DNA of 56,869 bases from Rhodothermales bacterium (GTDB lineage: Bacteria; Bacteroidota; Rhodothermia; Rhodothermales; JBHHWM01), in assembly GCA_046756545.1 (NCBI GenBank), contig JBHHWM010000003.1, positions 1 to 56,869 on the forward strand. Reading direction: 5' to 3'. Made by a program: the position numbers and the translations under genes. Position 1 is the stretch's first letter; each line of letters begins with the position of its first letter. This document shows positions 30,380 to 39,988 of this stretch, in pieces. Below the pieces are notes generated by a model that was not told the origin of the DNA, made no database searches, and saw only the letters and a program-made list of their open reading frames with translations.

Positions 30380-32113
30380 ATGAACGCACCGTGGAAAAAG
30401 CTAGCCACCCTCTTCGTTATCGCCCTCGTGTTGACGATAGGGTTGCTCTCCGGATGCCGCCAGGACACGCCCGTTGCCGATCTCGTCCTGACCAACGGCA
30501 AAATCGTGACCGTCGATTCGCTGATGCCCGAAGCCGAGGCCCTCGCCGTCGCGGGCGACACCATCGTGGCGCTGGGCAGCAGCGTAGAGATGGCCGCCTA
30601 CATCGGCCCCGGCACGCAGGTCATCGACCTGGACGGCTCGCTCGCCATCCCCGGCTTCATCGAAGGCCACGGGCATTACATGGGCCTCGGACGCGCCAAG
30701 ATGATCCTGGATCTTACGAAGGTAAATAACTGGAACGACATCGTAGGCATGGTGGCCGACGCCGCCCAGGATGCCGAGTCAGGCGAATGGATTATGGGCC
30801 GGGGCTGGCATCAGGAAAAATGGGACGAGGTGCCGGAAAACAGCATCGACGGCCTCCCCACCCATCACAGCCTGAGCGAAGTCTCTCCCGACAACCCGGT
30901 CTATCTGACGCACGCCAGCGGCCATGCCTCCTTCGTCAACGCCGAAGCCCTGCGACGCGCCGGGATCAGCGCCGAAACGCCGAACCCCTCGGGCGGCGAA
31001 ATCGTCCATGACTTCCGGGGCGAGCCGACGGGCATGCTCCGAGAAACCGCCCAGGGGCTGGTAGGAAGGGCACGGGCCCAGGCTCGGGAGGAGATGACGG
31101 AAGAAGACATCGAAGCCGAACGACGTATGCAGGCCGAACTGGCCGCCCAGGAAGCCCTCTCGAAAGGCATCACCTCCTTCCAGGACGCCGGTTCCTCCTT
31201 CGCTACCGTCGACTTCTTCAAACAACTGGCCGATGAAAACAAGCTCCCCGTACGCCTCTACGTGATGGTCCGCGCTTCGCCCGACCAGTTGGCGGAGAAA
31301 TTACCGGACTATCACCTCATCGGGTATGGCGATAACCAACTCACGGTTCGCTCGATCAAGTGGTCGATTGACGGCGCGCTCGGCTCGCACGGCGCGTGGC
31401 TGCTGGAACCCTACGAGGACATGCCGCAAAGCGCCGGGCTGAACACCGCTGACCCCAACGACATCGCGCGCTCCGCCGAGATCGCCATTGAGAACGGCTT
31501 CCAACTCAACGTGCATGCCATCGGAGACCGTGGTAATCGCGAAGTACTCAACATCTACGAGACGACGTTCGCCACCAACCCGGACAAGCAGGACCTGCGC
31601 TGGCGCATCGAGCACGCCCAACACCTCCACCTCGACGACATTCCACGCTTTGGTGCCCTGGGCGTCATTGCCTCTATGCAAGGCATCCACTGCACCTCCG
31701 ATGCACCCTGGGTCTACAAGCGCCTGGGCGCTCAACGCGCCGAAGAAGGAGCCTACGTATGGCAAAAGCTCTGGCAGTCGGGCGCGGTGGTCACTAACGG
31801 GACCGATGCCCCGGTCGAGGACGTAGATCCCATCGCGAGCTACTATGCCACCGTTTCCCGCAAACTGAGCGACGGGTCCGTCTTCTTCCCGGATCAACGC
31901 CTGGGCCGCCTGGAGGCGCTGCAATCCTACACCTTGAACAACGCCTACGCCGCTTTCGAGGAAGACATCAAGGGCTCCCTCGCGCCCGGCAAACTCGCCG
32001 ACATCGTCGTGCTCTCGCAGGACATCCTGACCATCGATGAAGACGATATTCCGGCAACGGAAGTGCTCTATACCATCGTCGGCGGCCAGATCGCCTACCA
32101 GCGCGAGCCGTAA
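30380..32113 (+). CDS. Amidohydrolase 3 (YtcJ-like) lipoprotein
   Basis: Lipobox LLSGC, PGFIEGHGH, DGALGS, HAIGDRG, RIEHAQ, GTDAP, GKLAD. Confidence 0.93.
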   Translation: MNAPWKKLATLFVIALVLTIGLLSGCRQDTPVADLVLTNGKIVTVDSLMPEAEALAVAGDTIVALGSSVEMAAYIGPGTQVIDLDGSLAIPGFIEGHGHYMGLGRAKMILDLTKVNNWNDIVGMVADAAQDAESGEWIMGRGWHQEKWDEVPENSIDGLPTHHSLSEVSPDNPVYLTHASGHASFVNAEALRRAGISAETPNPSGGEIVHDFRGEPTGMLRETAQGLVGRARAQAREEMTEEDIEAERRMQAELAAQEALSKGITSFQDAGSSFATVDFFKQLADENKLPVRLYVMVRASPDQLAEKLPDYHLIGYGDNQLTVRSIKWSIDGALGSHGAWLLEPYEDMPQSAGLNTADPNDIARSAEIAIENGFQLNVHAIGDRGNREVLNIYETTFATNPDKQDLRWRIEHAQHLHLDDIPRFGALGVIASMQGIHCTSDAPWVYKRLGAQRAEEGAYVWQKLWQSGAVVTNGTDAPVEDVDPIASYYATVSRKLSDGSVFFPDQRLGRLEALQSYTLNNAYAAFEEDIKGSLAPGKLADIVVLSQDILTIDEDDIPATEVLYTIVGGQIAYQREP

Positions 32114-32164
32114 GCAGGAAGGCTGGATGATCGGGCTGCCACGCACACACACGGAGGTACCGTA

Positions 32165-35100
32165 ATGGCTCTCTCTCAACGCATGCTTCGCCTCGCGGCG
32201 CTGCTCGTCCTCCTGTCGGGAGTGACCAGCGCCCCCCTTCAGGCCCGGCAATCTCCGGAAGCGGAGGCCCTTTCCTCGCTCCGGTGGCGGGCTATCGGCC
32301 CCGCCAACATGGGGGGACGTGTCACCGATATCGTCGGCATACCCGGCGATCCGAGCACGTACTACGTGGCCGGTGCCGACGGCGGCGTCTTCAAAACCAC
32401 CAACGGCGGCGTCACGTTCGAAGCCCTCTTCACCGACCAGAAATCGTATTCGGTGGGGGCGTTGGCCCTCGCGCCGTCCGATCCTAACATCCTCTGGCTC
32501 GGCAGCGGCGAGGGCGACCCCCGCAACAGCGTCGGCTACGGGCACGGGGTCTACCGATCCCTCGACGGCGGCACGACCTGGACCCACCTCGGCCTCGACG
32601 GCACCGAGCGCATCAAACGCATCGTCGTCGACCCCGACCGTCCCGATGTGGCGCTCGTCTGTGCCCTGGGGCGCGAGTGGGGGCCGAACGACGAGCGCGG
32701 CGTCTTCAAAACCACCGACGGCGGCCGATCCTGGACGAAGGTCCTCTACCTCGACGAAGACACCGGCTGCTCCGATATCGCCATGGAACTGTCGAACCCG
32801 CGCATCCTCTATGCCGGCATGTGGACGTTCCGGCGGCGGCCCTGGCGCTTCGACGACGGAGGCCGCGAAACCGCCCTCTACAAGTCGATGGACGGCGGCG
32901 ATACCTGGACGAAGCTGTCCAGGGGCCTGCCCAAAGGGCCGATGGCGCGCATCGGCATCTCCATCGCCCAGAGCCAGCCGAACATCGTCTACATGATCAC
33001 GGAAGCCAGGGGCGAAGGCACACTCTTTCGCTCGGACAACCGGGGCGCGTCGTGGCGCATGGTGAACGACGATCCGAACATCAACTTCCGGCCTTTTTAT
33101 TACAGCGACATCCGCGTTGACCCGAACAACCCGGATCACCTCTACTCGCTCTCCGGGCGGCTGTCCAAATCCACCGACGGCGGGAAGACCTTCCGGCGCA
33201 TTGCTCAGGGCGTCCACGGCGACCACCAGGGGCTCTGGATCGACCCGATGGATTCGAACCGGCTTCTCAGCGGCAGCGACGGCGGCTTCCAGGTCTCCTT
33301 CGACGCCGGCAAAACCTTCGACATCGTCAATAACGTCGAACTCTCGCAGTTCTATCAAATCTACGCGGACGACCGCGACCCTTACTACGTCTGCGGCGGT
33401 TTGCAGGACAACGGCACCTGGTGCGGTCCGAGCAACTCGCTCCGGCGGGTCGGCATCCTGAAGCGGGACTGGTTCGGCCTGGCCGGGGGCGACGGGTATT
33501 ACGCCGTTCCTATTCCGGGTCGAGAGCACGAGGCGTACGCGAACCTCCAGGGCGGCGTAATCTTCCACGTCGATAGCAAGCTGGGCAATGTGCGCAACAT
33601 TCATCCCTATCCGAAGATTACCGGCTCGGCGGGCGACGCCATCGTCGATCATAAGTACCGTTTCAACTGGGACTCGCCCATCCTCATCTCGCCGCACGAC
33701 CCGAACACCGTCTACTTCGGCGGCAACGTGGTCTTCAAAACAACCGATCAGGGCTATTCGTGGGACGTGATCAGCCCGGACCTGACGACCGACGACGAGA
33801 GCAAACAACAGACTTCCGGCGGCGAGATCTATCAGGACAACACGGCAGCCGAATTTCACACCACGATCCTCACCATTGCCGAATCGCCCGTCGAACAAGG
33901 CGTCATCTGGGTCGGCACGGACGACGGCAACGTCCAGATCACCCGCGACGGCGGTGCCACCTGGACGAACGTGAAGGACCGCATCCAGGGCCTGCCCGAC
34001 TTTGCCTGGGTCGGCAAGATCCACGCTTCCGAGCATGACGCGGGCACGGCGTTCGTGGCCGTAGACCACCACCGCAGCGACGACTTCCGACCCTATGCGT
34101 TCATGACCACCGATTACGGCCAGACCTGGACGACCCTGAACGAGGGGCTTCCTCAAGACGATTACGTAAAGGTCGTCCGGCAGGACCCCCGCAATCCCAA
34201 CCTGCTCTACGCAGGCATGGAGCACGGCATCTTTGCTTCGTGGGATACCGGCCGGACCTGGATCTCGATTCGCAACAATCTGCCCCCGGCGTCGGTGCGA
34301 GACCTGCGGGTGCAGGCGCGCGAGGGCGACCTCATCGTCGGCACCCACGGTCGTGGAGCCTGGATCCTCGACGACATCCGCCCCCTCCAGGATCTCGCCG
34401 AAGCCCGAACCACCGAGGTGCACCTCTTCGACGTACGGACGGCCACCCGCTGGCACCTCAACGGCCGCATGGAAAGCCTGGGCCAACGCACCTACGTGGC
34501 CGACAACCCGCGCTACGGTGCCTATGTCAACTTCTACCTCGCCGAGGATACCGACGAAACGGTGACGCTAACCATCACCGACACCGCCGGCAACATGGTG
34601 CGCGTACTCGAAGACTCGACCGCCGGGGCAGGCGTCAACCGCATCGTGTGGGATCTACGCTCGGAGGGTGCAACGCCCTTGAACCGGACCGGTACGGGCG
34701 GCTTCCGACGCGGGACACTCCGCCCCTTCGTGCCCCCCGGCGACTATACGGCCACGCTGCACGCCGCCGGGCAAGAACACGCGACCACAATCACCGTCCG
34801 GGCCGACCCGCGCATCTCGCTCACGGCAGCCGATTACGCGGCCCAGGCCGAAGCACTCCATACCTTGAATGATCTGCTCTCGCAGGTGCACGGTCTCATC
34901 AACGACACCGACGTTCTGAGCGAACAACTCGCGGATCTGAAGAAAAAGCTGAAACAGGTGAACCGCACCTCGGGCGACCCGCCCCTGCCCGCCGGCGAGG
35001 TCTTGTTATCGCCGGAAGCCAACGTGCCTGCCGTCATCGACCAGGCCTTGCAAGAAATCAAGGCGTTCAGGAGCGAATTGCAACGCCCGCCGCCCGGCAT

Positions 35101-35332
35101 GTCGTACCGGCAGCGGCCTCGCCTCCGCGAAGAGATCCGGTCGCTGATGTCGGCCGTCAACGGAGCGACAGCCCCGCCGACTATGCCGCAACGGCAACGG
35201 CTCGAAGCATTGCAAGAAGAAACGGCGCAGGCCGTCGAAGCCTACCACCGCCTCCTCTCGACGCAGATTGCCAACATCAACACCCTGGTGCGCGACGTGC
35301 CGCAGGTCATCATCGGCTCATCAAAACCGTAA
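32165..35332 (+). CDS. Sortilin/VPS10-like BNR-repeat protein
   Basis: Signal peptide, IGPANMGGRVTDI, many (S/T)xDGGxTW Asp-boxes, GGLQDNG, GTHGRG. Confidence 0.9.
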   Translation: MALSQRMLRLAALLVLLSGVTSAPLQARQSPEAEALSSLRWRAIGPANMGGRVTDIVGIPGDPSTYYVAGADGGVFKTTNGGVTFEALFTDQKSYSVGALALAPSDPNILWLGSGEGDPRNSVGYGHGVYRSLDGGTTWTHLGLDGTERIKRIVVDPDRPDVALVCALGREWGPNDERGVFKTTDGGRSWTKVLYLDEDTGCSDIAMELSNPRILYAGMWTFRRRPWRFDDGGRETALYKSMDGGDTWTKLSRGLPKGPMARIGISIAQSQPNIVYMITEARGEGTLFRSDNRGASWRMVNDDPNINFRPFYYSDIRVDPNNPDHLYSLSGRLSKSTDGGKTFRRIAQGVHGDHQGLWIDPMDSNRLLSGSDGGFQVSFDAGKTFDIVNNVELSQFYQIYADDRDPYYVCGGLQDNGTWCGPSNSLRRVGILKRDWFGLAGGDGYYAVPIPGREHEAYANLQGGVIFHVDSKLGNVRNIHPYPKITGSAGDAIVDHKYRFNWDSPILISPHDPNTVYFGGNVVFKTTDQGYSWDVISPDLTTDDESKQQTSGGEIYQDNTAAEFHTTILTIAESPVEQGVIWVGTDDGNVQITRDGGATWTNVKDRIQGLPDFAWVGKIHASEHDAGTAFVAVDHHRSDDFRPYAFMTTDYGQTWTTLNEGLPQDDYVKVVRQDPRNPNLLYAGMEHGIFASWDTGRTWISIRNNLPPASVRDLRVQAREGDLIVGTHGRGAWILDDIRPLQDLAEARTTEVHLFDVRTATRWHLNGRMESLGQRTYVADNPRYGAYVNFYLAEDTDETVTLTITDTAGNMVRVLEDSTAGAGVNRIVWDLRSEGATPLNRTGTGGFRRGTLRPFVPPGDYTATLHAAGQEHATTITVRADPRISLTAADYAAQAEALHTLNDLLSQVHGLINDTDVLSEQLADLKKKLKQVNRTSGDPPLPAGEVLLSPEANVPAVIDQALQEIKAFRSELQRPPPGMSYRQRPRLREEIRSLMSAVNGATAPPTMPQRQRLEALQEETAQAVEAYHRLLSTQIANINTLVRDVPQVIIGSSKP

Positions 35333-35355
35333 GCCTCACCCCCTCGCATCGCCAT

Positions 35356-35394
35356 AAAGGCGCTGGCCCACACCGGGACAGCGCCTTTCTTTTC
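35356..35394 (+). terminator. Rho-independent terminator
   Basis: Stem aaaggcgctg (35356-35365) / cagcgccttt (35379-35388) followed by a T-rich tail, just after the VPS10 gene. Confidence 0.8.
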
Positions 35395-35697
35395 CACGGC
35401 CTATGACCCGTACGTGCGGTTCCTCTGCTTCTGCAAGACCCGCTTTTCGCGCTAAATTCGCTGCACCCTTTCCGCCAATACACGCTGATTTTTTGTAAAT
35501 TCCATGGGCGCATAGGATCTATGCGTTAGCTGTGGGAACGTGTTGGGACGAGGAGCAATTCAACCTTTGTACATGCACCGCCTGCATACTCCCTGGCGGT
35601 GAACTGCGCGCCTGGCCGCCCCCTCTTCCAGGCCCTCCCGCATGCGGCGGATCATATCACGGCCTCCCCCCGGGCCGCTAACCGATAATTGAGGTCT

Positions 35698-37884
35698 ATG
35701 GCGAACAGAAAAAATTCTTCTAAGAAAAAAACGGGCTCGCTACAGGAACCGCTTCCAGGCAACGACAGGGCCGAAGCAACAACCAATGGAACGGAAACGA
35801 AACGGGACGACCCCACCGACGGGATCACCCTACCCGGCATCGAACACGACGGGACGCTCACGATCCACCCTGTCAGCGTAGCCGATTTCGACGAAGAGAC
35901 GTTGCTCCGGGTGTATCGCACCATGCTCACCTCGCGGCGCCTCGACGAGAAGATGCTGACATTGCTCAAGCAGGGAAAAGGCTTCTTTCACATCGGCTGT
36001 GCCGGACACGAAGCGGCACAGGCCGCCGTCGGCTTGCTTTCCCGCCCCGGCCACGACTGGTTTGCCCTGTATTACCGGGATCTATGCATGGCCCTCATGC
36101 TCGGCCTGACCCCGGAAGAAACCATGCTGGCCCATATGGCCAAGGCGGACGACCCGAACTCGGGCGGGCGCCAGATGTCCGAGCATTACAGCCTCCCCGA
36201 TAAGCACGTCATTACCACCGCTTCGTCGGTCGGCGCACAGTACCTGCCGGGGCTCGGCATGGGCTTCGGCGTCCAGCGGCGCGACGAGCAAGACGCGTAC
36301 GTCTATTGCTCCAGCGGCGAAGGAGCCACGTCCCAGGGCGACTTCCACGAAGCGCTCAACTGGGCCGCACGCAACGAGGCCCCCGTGCTGTTTTTCGTCC
36401 AGGACAACAAATACGCCATTTCGGTCCCGGTGGCCGAGCAGACGGCGGGCGGCACCCCCTACAAGCTGGCCGCCGGCTACGAAGGGTTGCAACGCATCCG
36501 TGTGGACGGCACCGATTTCTTCAAGGTCTACGCCGTCGCCCGCGCCGCCATCGACTATATCCGGGCAGGAAACGGGCCCGTCTGCCTCGTGGCCGACGTG
36601 GTGCGCCTGCTCCCGCACTCTTCGTCCGACAACCACACCAAGTACCGCACGCCGGAAGAACTGGCCGCCGACCGCAAGATCGACCCGATTGTCCGGCTTG
36701 AGATGCGGCTGATCGAAGCCGGAATCCTGACGGATGAAAAAATGGATGCGATACGGAACGAGACCCGGCAGCGGGTTGACGAAGCGACGGTGTGGGCCGA
36801 TCAACAGCCCGACCCGGCCCCGGAGACTGCTACGCGGCACGTCTATTCCGAGAACGATCTGAAGCTGAAGTATGCCACGACCGATCCCTCGGGCGCTCCC
36901 GTTGTGATGATAGACGCCATCAACCACGCGCTGCACGAAGAAATGGAGCGCGACGAACGAGTCATCGTCTACGGCGAGGACGTCGCGGGCAACAAAGGCG
37001 GCGTGTTCACCGCCACCCGCGACCTGACCGCCCGCTTCGGAAAAGACCGCTGTTTCAACTCGCCCCTGGCCGAAGCGTCCATCATCGGCACCGCCGTCGG
37101 ACTGAGCGCGACCGGCTTCAAACCCGTCGTCGAAATTCAGTTTGCCGACTACATCTGGCCGGGGATGCAGCAACTGCGGAACCAGGTGGCTCCCTTCCGC
37201 TACCGTTCCAACAACGGATGGGGCTGCCCCATGGTGATCCGCGTACCGACCGGCGGCTACATCCACGGCGGCCTGTGCCATTCGCAAAACATCGAGTCCA
37301 TCTTCGGTCACACGCCGGGCTTCCACGTCGTCCTCCCTTCGACGGCGGCAGACGCCAAGGCGTTGCTCAAGACGGCCATCCGCTCGGACGACCCGGTGCT
37401 TTTCCTGGAACACAAGGCGCTCTATCGCGCGGCGGCGGCCCGCACACCGGAAACCGGCACCGACGACCTCCTGCCCTTCGGGAAGGCCCGCATCCATCGC
37501 GAAGGCACCGACCTGACCATCGTCACCTACGGCCTGATGGTGCACAAATCGATGAACGCGGCCCGGCAGATTGAGAAAGAGGACGGCGCGTCCGTCGAAA
37601 TTATCGACCTGCGCACCATCGTCCCGCTCGACACCGAGGCAATCTTGGCTTCGGTCCGTAAGACGAACCGTGTGCTCGTCGTCTACGAAGATCACGAATT
37701 CATCGGCTTCGGAGCCGAGATCAGCGCCCAGATTGCGGACAAGGCGTTCGAGCACCTCGACGCGCCGATTCGCCGGGTGGCCGGGGCATTCACGCCGATC
37801 CCGTTCGCCGATCCGCTCGAACGCGCCGTGCTCCCCCAGGACGAGGACATCCTTCAGGCCGTCCGGGCCCTGCTGGCCTATTGA
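35698..37884 (+). CDS. 2-oxoacid (branched-chain/pyruvate) dehydrogenase E1, fused alpha/beta subunits
   Basis: GEGATSQGDFHEALN...QDN TPP motif, HSSSD loop, GEDV..GGVF, PLAE, EIQFADY, GGLCHSQ, FLEHK. Confidence 0.95.
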   Translation: MANRKNSSKKKTGSLQEPLPGNDRAEATTNGTETKRDDPTDGITLPGIEHDGTLTIHPVSVADFDEETLLRVYRTMLTSRRLDEKMLTLLKQGKGFFHIGCAGHEAAQAAVGLLSRPGHDWFALYYRDLCMALMLGLTPEETMLAHMAKADDPNSGGRQMSEHYSLPDKHVITTASSVGAQYLPGLGMGFGVQRRDEQDAYVYCSSGEGATSQGDFHEALNWAARNEAPVLFFVQDNKYAISVPVAEQTAGGTPYKLAAGYEGLQRIRVDGTDFFKVYAVARAAIDYIRAGNGPVCLVADVVRLLPHSSSDNHTKYRTPEELAADRKIDPIVRLEMRLIEAGILTDEKMDAIRNETRQRVDEATVWADQQPDPAPETATRHVYSENDLKLKYATTDPSGAPVVMIDAINHALHEEMERDERVIVYGEDVAGNKGGVFTATRDLTARFGKDRCFNSPLAEASIIGTAVGLSATGFKPVVEIQFADYIWPGMQQLRNQVAPFRYRSNNGWGCPMVIRVPTGGYIHGGLCHSQNIESIFGHTPGFHVVLPSTAADAKALLKTAIRSDDPVLFLEHKALYRAAAARTPETGTDDLLPFGKARIHREGTDLTIVTYGLMVHKSMNAARQIEKEDGASVEIIDLRTIVPLDTEAILASVRKTNRVLVVYEDHEFIGFGAEISAQIADKAFEHLDAPIRRVAGAFTPIPFADPLERAVLPQDEDILQAVRALLAY

Positions 37885-37922
37885 CGGACGCAGGCAGCGG
37901 CCTCTCCATAGCCAACGAACCT

Positions 37923-38657
37923 ATGAACACGCAGCGTTGCCTGTCATGGCTGGTGATGTTTGCGCTGCTGCCCGCCTTGCCTGCGGGGGCACAGGGCAAA
38001 CTGGTGATCGAAAACACCGCGCACGACTTCGGCACCATTGAAGAGGGGCACGAGGCCCGCCACGACTTCATCTTCCGCAACGACGGCGACGCCCCGCTCC
38101 GGCTGACGAGCGTGCAGCCAAACTGCGGCTGCACCACCCCCTCGTGGACGCGCGATCCGGTACCGCCCGGCGAAACCGGCTCCATCACGGTCGTCTTCGA
38201 CTCCCGGAACCGACCCGGCACGTTCGTCAAGTCGGTGCGCGTGACAACCGACGGCGAGCCCGCCCAGGTGAAACTCTTCATCGAAGGCTTTGTCGAGCGC
38301 GTCCGCCTCCCCGGCGGCATCGCCCAGGGCAACCTGCGCTTCGACCCCGAGGCCGCCGACCTCGGCGACATCCCGCAGGGACGCAACGCCCTCCACACCT
38401 TCCGTCTCCAAAACACCGGCACGCGCCCCATTCGCATCAGGTCCGCCACGCCGTCACACGACCACGTTACGGTCGAAATTCCGGCACAGCCGATCTTTGC
38501 GGACGACCTCGCCGAGATATACGTCGTGGTCAAAACCGGGCATCTGGCCGCCGGAACGGACATCGCCTACACGCTGACGCTGGAGACGGACGACGAGATC
38601 CGGCCCCAAAAATTGCTTCGACTGACCGGAACGATCACGGCCGGCGACGCGCACTAG
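37923..38657 (+). CDS. DUF1573 tandem Ig-like domain protein
   Basis: Signal peptide, HDFGTI, FRNDG..PL, NCGCT; second related domain; ATG at 37923. Confidence 0.88.
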   Translation: MNTQRCLSWLVMFALLPALPAGAQGKLVIENTAHDFGTIEEGHEARHDFIFRNDGDAPLRLTSVQPNCGCTTPSWTRDPVPPGETGSITVVFDSRNRPGTFVKSVRVTTDGEPAQVKLFIEGFVERVRLPGGIAQGNLRFDPEAADLGDIPQGRNALHTFRLQNTGTRPIRIRSATPSHDHVTVEIPAQPIFADDLAEIYVVVKTGHLAAGTDIAYTLTLETDDEIRPQKLLRLTGTITAGDAH

Positions 38658-38961
38658 CCCATCCCTCCGTCGATGGAAAGAACACCGTCGAGGTCGCTGT
38701 GTGTATTCGTCGATTCATCGTTTCCTCGATTCCACAGGGCGACCGGAGAGCACAACGGGAGGTCTTGTTGCACGGCACGCGCCCCGGTTCTTCGCCTGCG
38801 TTAAGAAACCAGGACGCTTACAAAAACGTCTCCCTCGTTGCGTAACAGGTACAAGAAGCGGTGTACTAAACAACGACCCTCCCGGACCGGCTCACTACGT
38901 AATCACGCCGTTCGACCTCCGGGACCTGACCGCCACACTGAGACTACCCGGCTCGAAGCTC

Positions 38962-39912
38962 ATGCGCTTGTCCCGCCCCCTCCTTTCCACCGTTCGCGTC
39001 GTCTGCATCCTGAGCGTCCTCTGGTTGGCCGAGAGGCGGGATAGCCACGCCCAGGCCTGGTTGCAGCCCAAAGGACACGCCTACGTCAAGCTGTCGCATG
39101 GCCGCGCAACCGCCTCGGAGCAGTTCCGCTTCGACGGCGAAACCAAAGCCTACGCCGACAACGTCGACGGGGACGCATTTTTTGACCGCAGCTTCTACCT
39201 CTACGGCGAGTACGGACTGACGGACCAACTCACCGTGGTCGTCGTCCTGCCCTATAAATCCATTCGCGTGCTCGACGCCGCCTTCGAATACGAGACCGAG
39301 GGCGTGGGGTCCGTGATGATCGGCCTGCGCACCAGCATCAAGCACTGGATCGGCCTCACCGACGACCGACACACCCTCGCAGCGAACGTCATGCTTACCC
39401 TCCCCACCGGCTATACCCGTAACTTCACACCGTCGGTCGGTCCGGGGCAGGTCGATTTCCAGACGACGATCAACTACGGGCTGAGCCTCTATCCGATGCC
39501 CGGTTATGCCCAGATGGGACTCGGCTACCGCTACCGTTCGGCGTTCTACGGCCTCTCCGCCACTACCGCATGCCAGGAAGGCCGCGACGTGAACTGCTTT
39601 GCCTCGACCGAGCCGAAGTATGACGATGAACTCTTGTTCTCTGTCGAAATTGGTTTTAACTTTGATCGATGGGCGCTGGTGCAATTCCTGGGCCAGGGGG
39701 TGTGGTCGAACAAATCGCCGGATGCGGAGACGAGCTTTTCCGTGCGCAACCCCATTCCTACCCGGCAACGCTACATCAAAACCGGGGCCGGGCTGACGGT
39801 CTACCCGCTCCGTAAGCTGGGAGTGAGCGCGCAGGTTTTTTTCACGCCTTCCGGTCGTAACACCGTGCGTTCTACGGATTATTTCTTCGGGGTCGAATAC
39901 CGGCTGCCGTAG
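38962..39912 (+). CDS. Outer-membrane beta-barrel protein, uncharacterised
   Basis: Signal peptide ending HAQA, YGEYGLTD, LPTGY, amphipathic strands, C-terminal GVEYRLP; ATG at 38962. Confidence 0.75.
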   Translation: MRLSRPLLSTVRVVCILSVLWLAERRDSHAQAWLQPKGHAYVKLSHGRATASEQFRFDGETKAYADNVDGDAFFDRSFYLYGEYGLTDQLTVVVVLPYKSIRVLDAAFEYETEGVGSVMIGLRTSIKHWIGLTDDRHTLAANVMLTLPTGYTRNFTPSVGPGQVDFQTTINYGLSLYPMPGYAQMGLGYRYRSAFYGLSATTACQEGRDVNCFASTEPKYDDELLFSVEIGFNFDRWALVQFLGQGVWSNKSPDAETSFSVRNPIPTRQRYIKTGAGLTVYPLRKLGVSAQVFFTPSGRNTVRSTDYFFGVEYRLP

Positions 39913-39988
39913 TGCGTGCCTCCCTGATGTTTTCTCACCGCTGCCATGCGATAGATACCTCACCCCTGCCCCCTACCTGCACATCCAC

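Noticed and set aside
31301-34486. 1061-aa antisense ORF spanning the amidohydrolase and VPS10 genes (also long antisense ORFs at 23195-24976, 21419-23119, 36082-37755, 17565-18848, 43966-45372, 53041-54378, 55470-56645)
   Set aside because: They mirror well-supported sense genes; strong GC3 bias removes stop codons from the antisense frame, and the translations show no family motifs.
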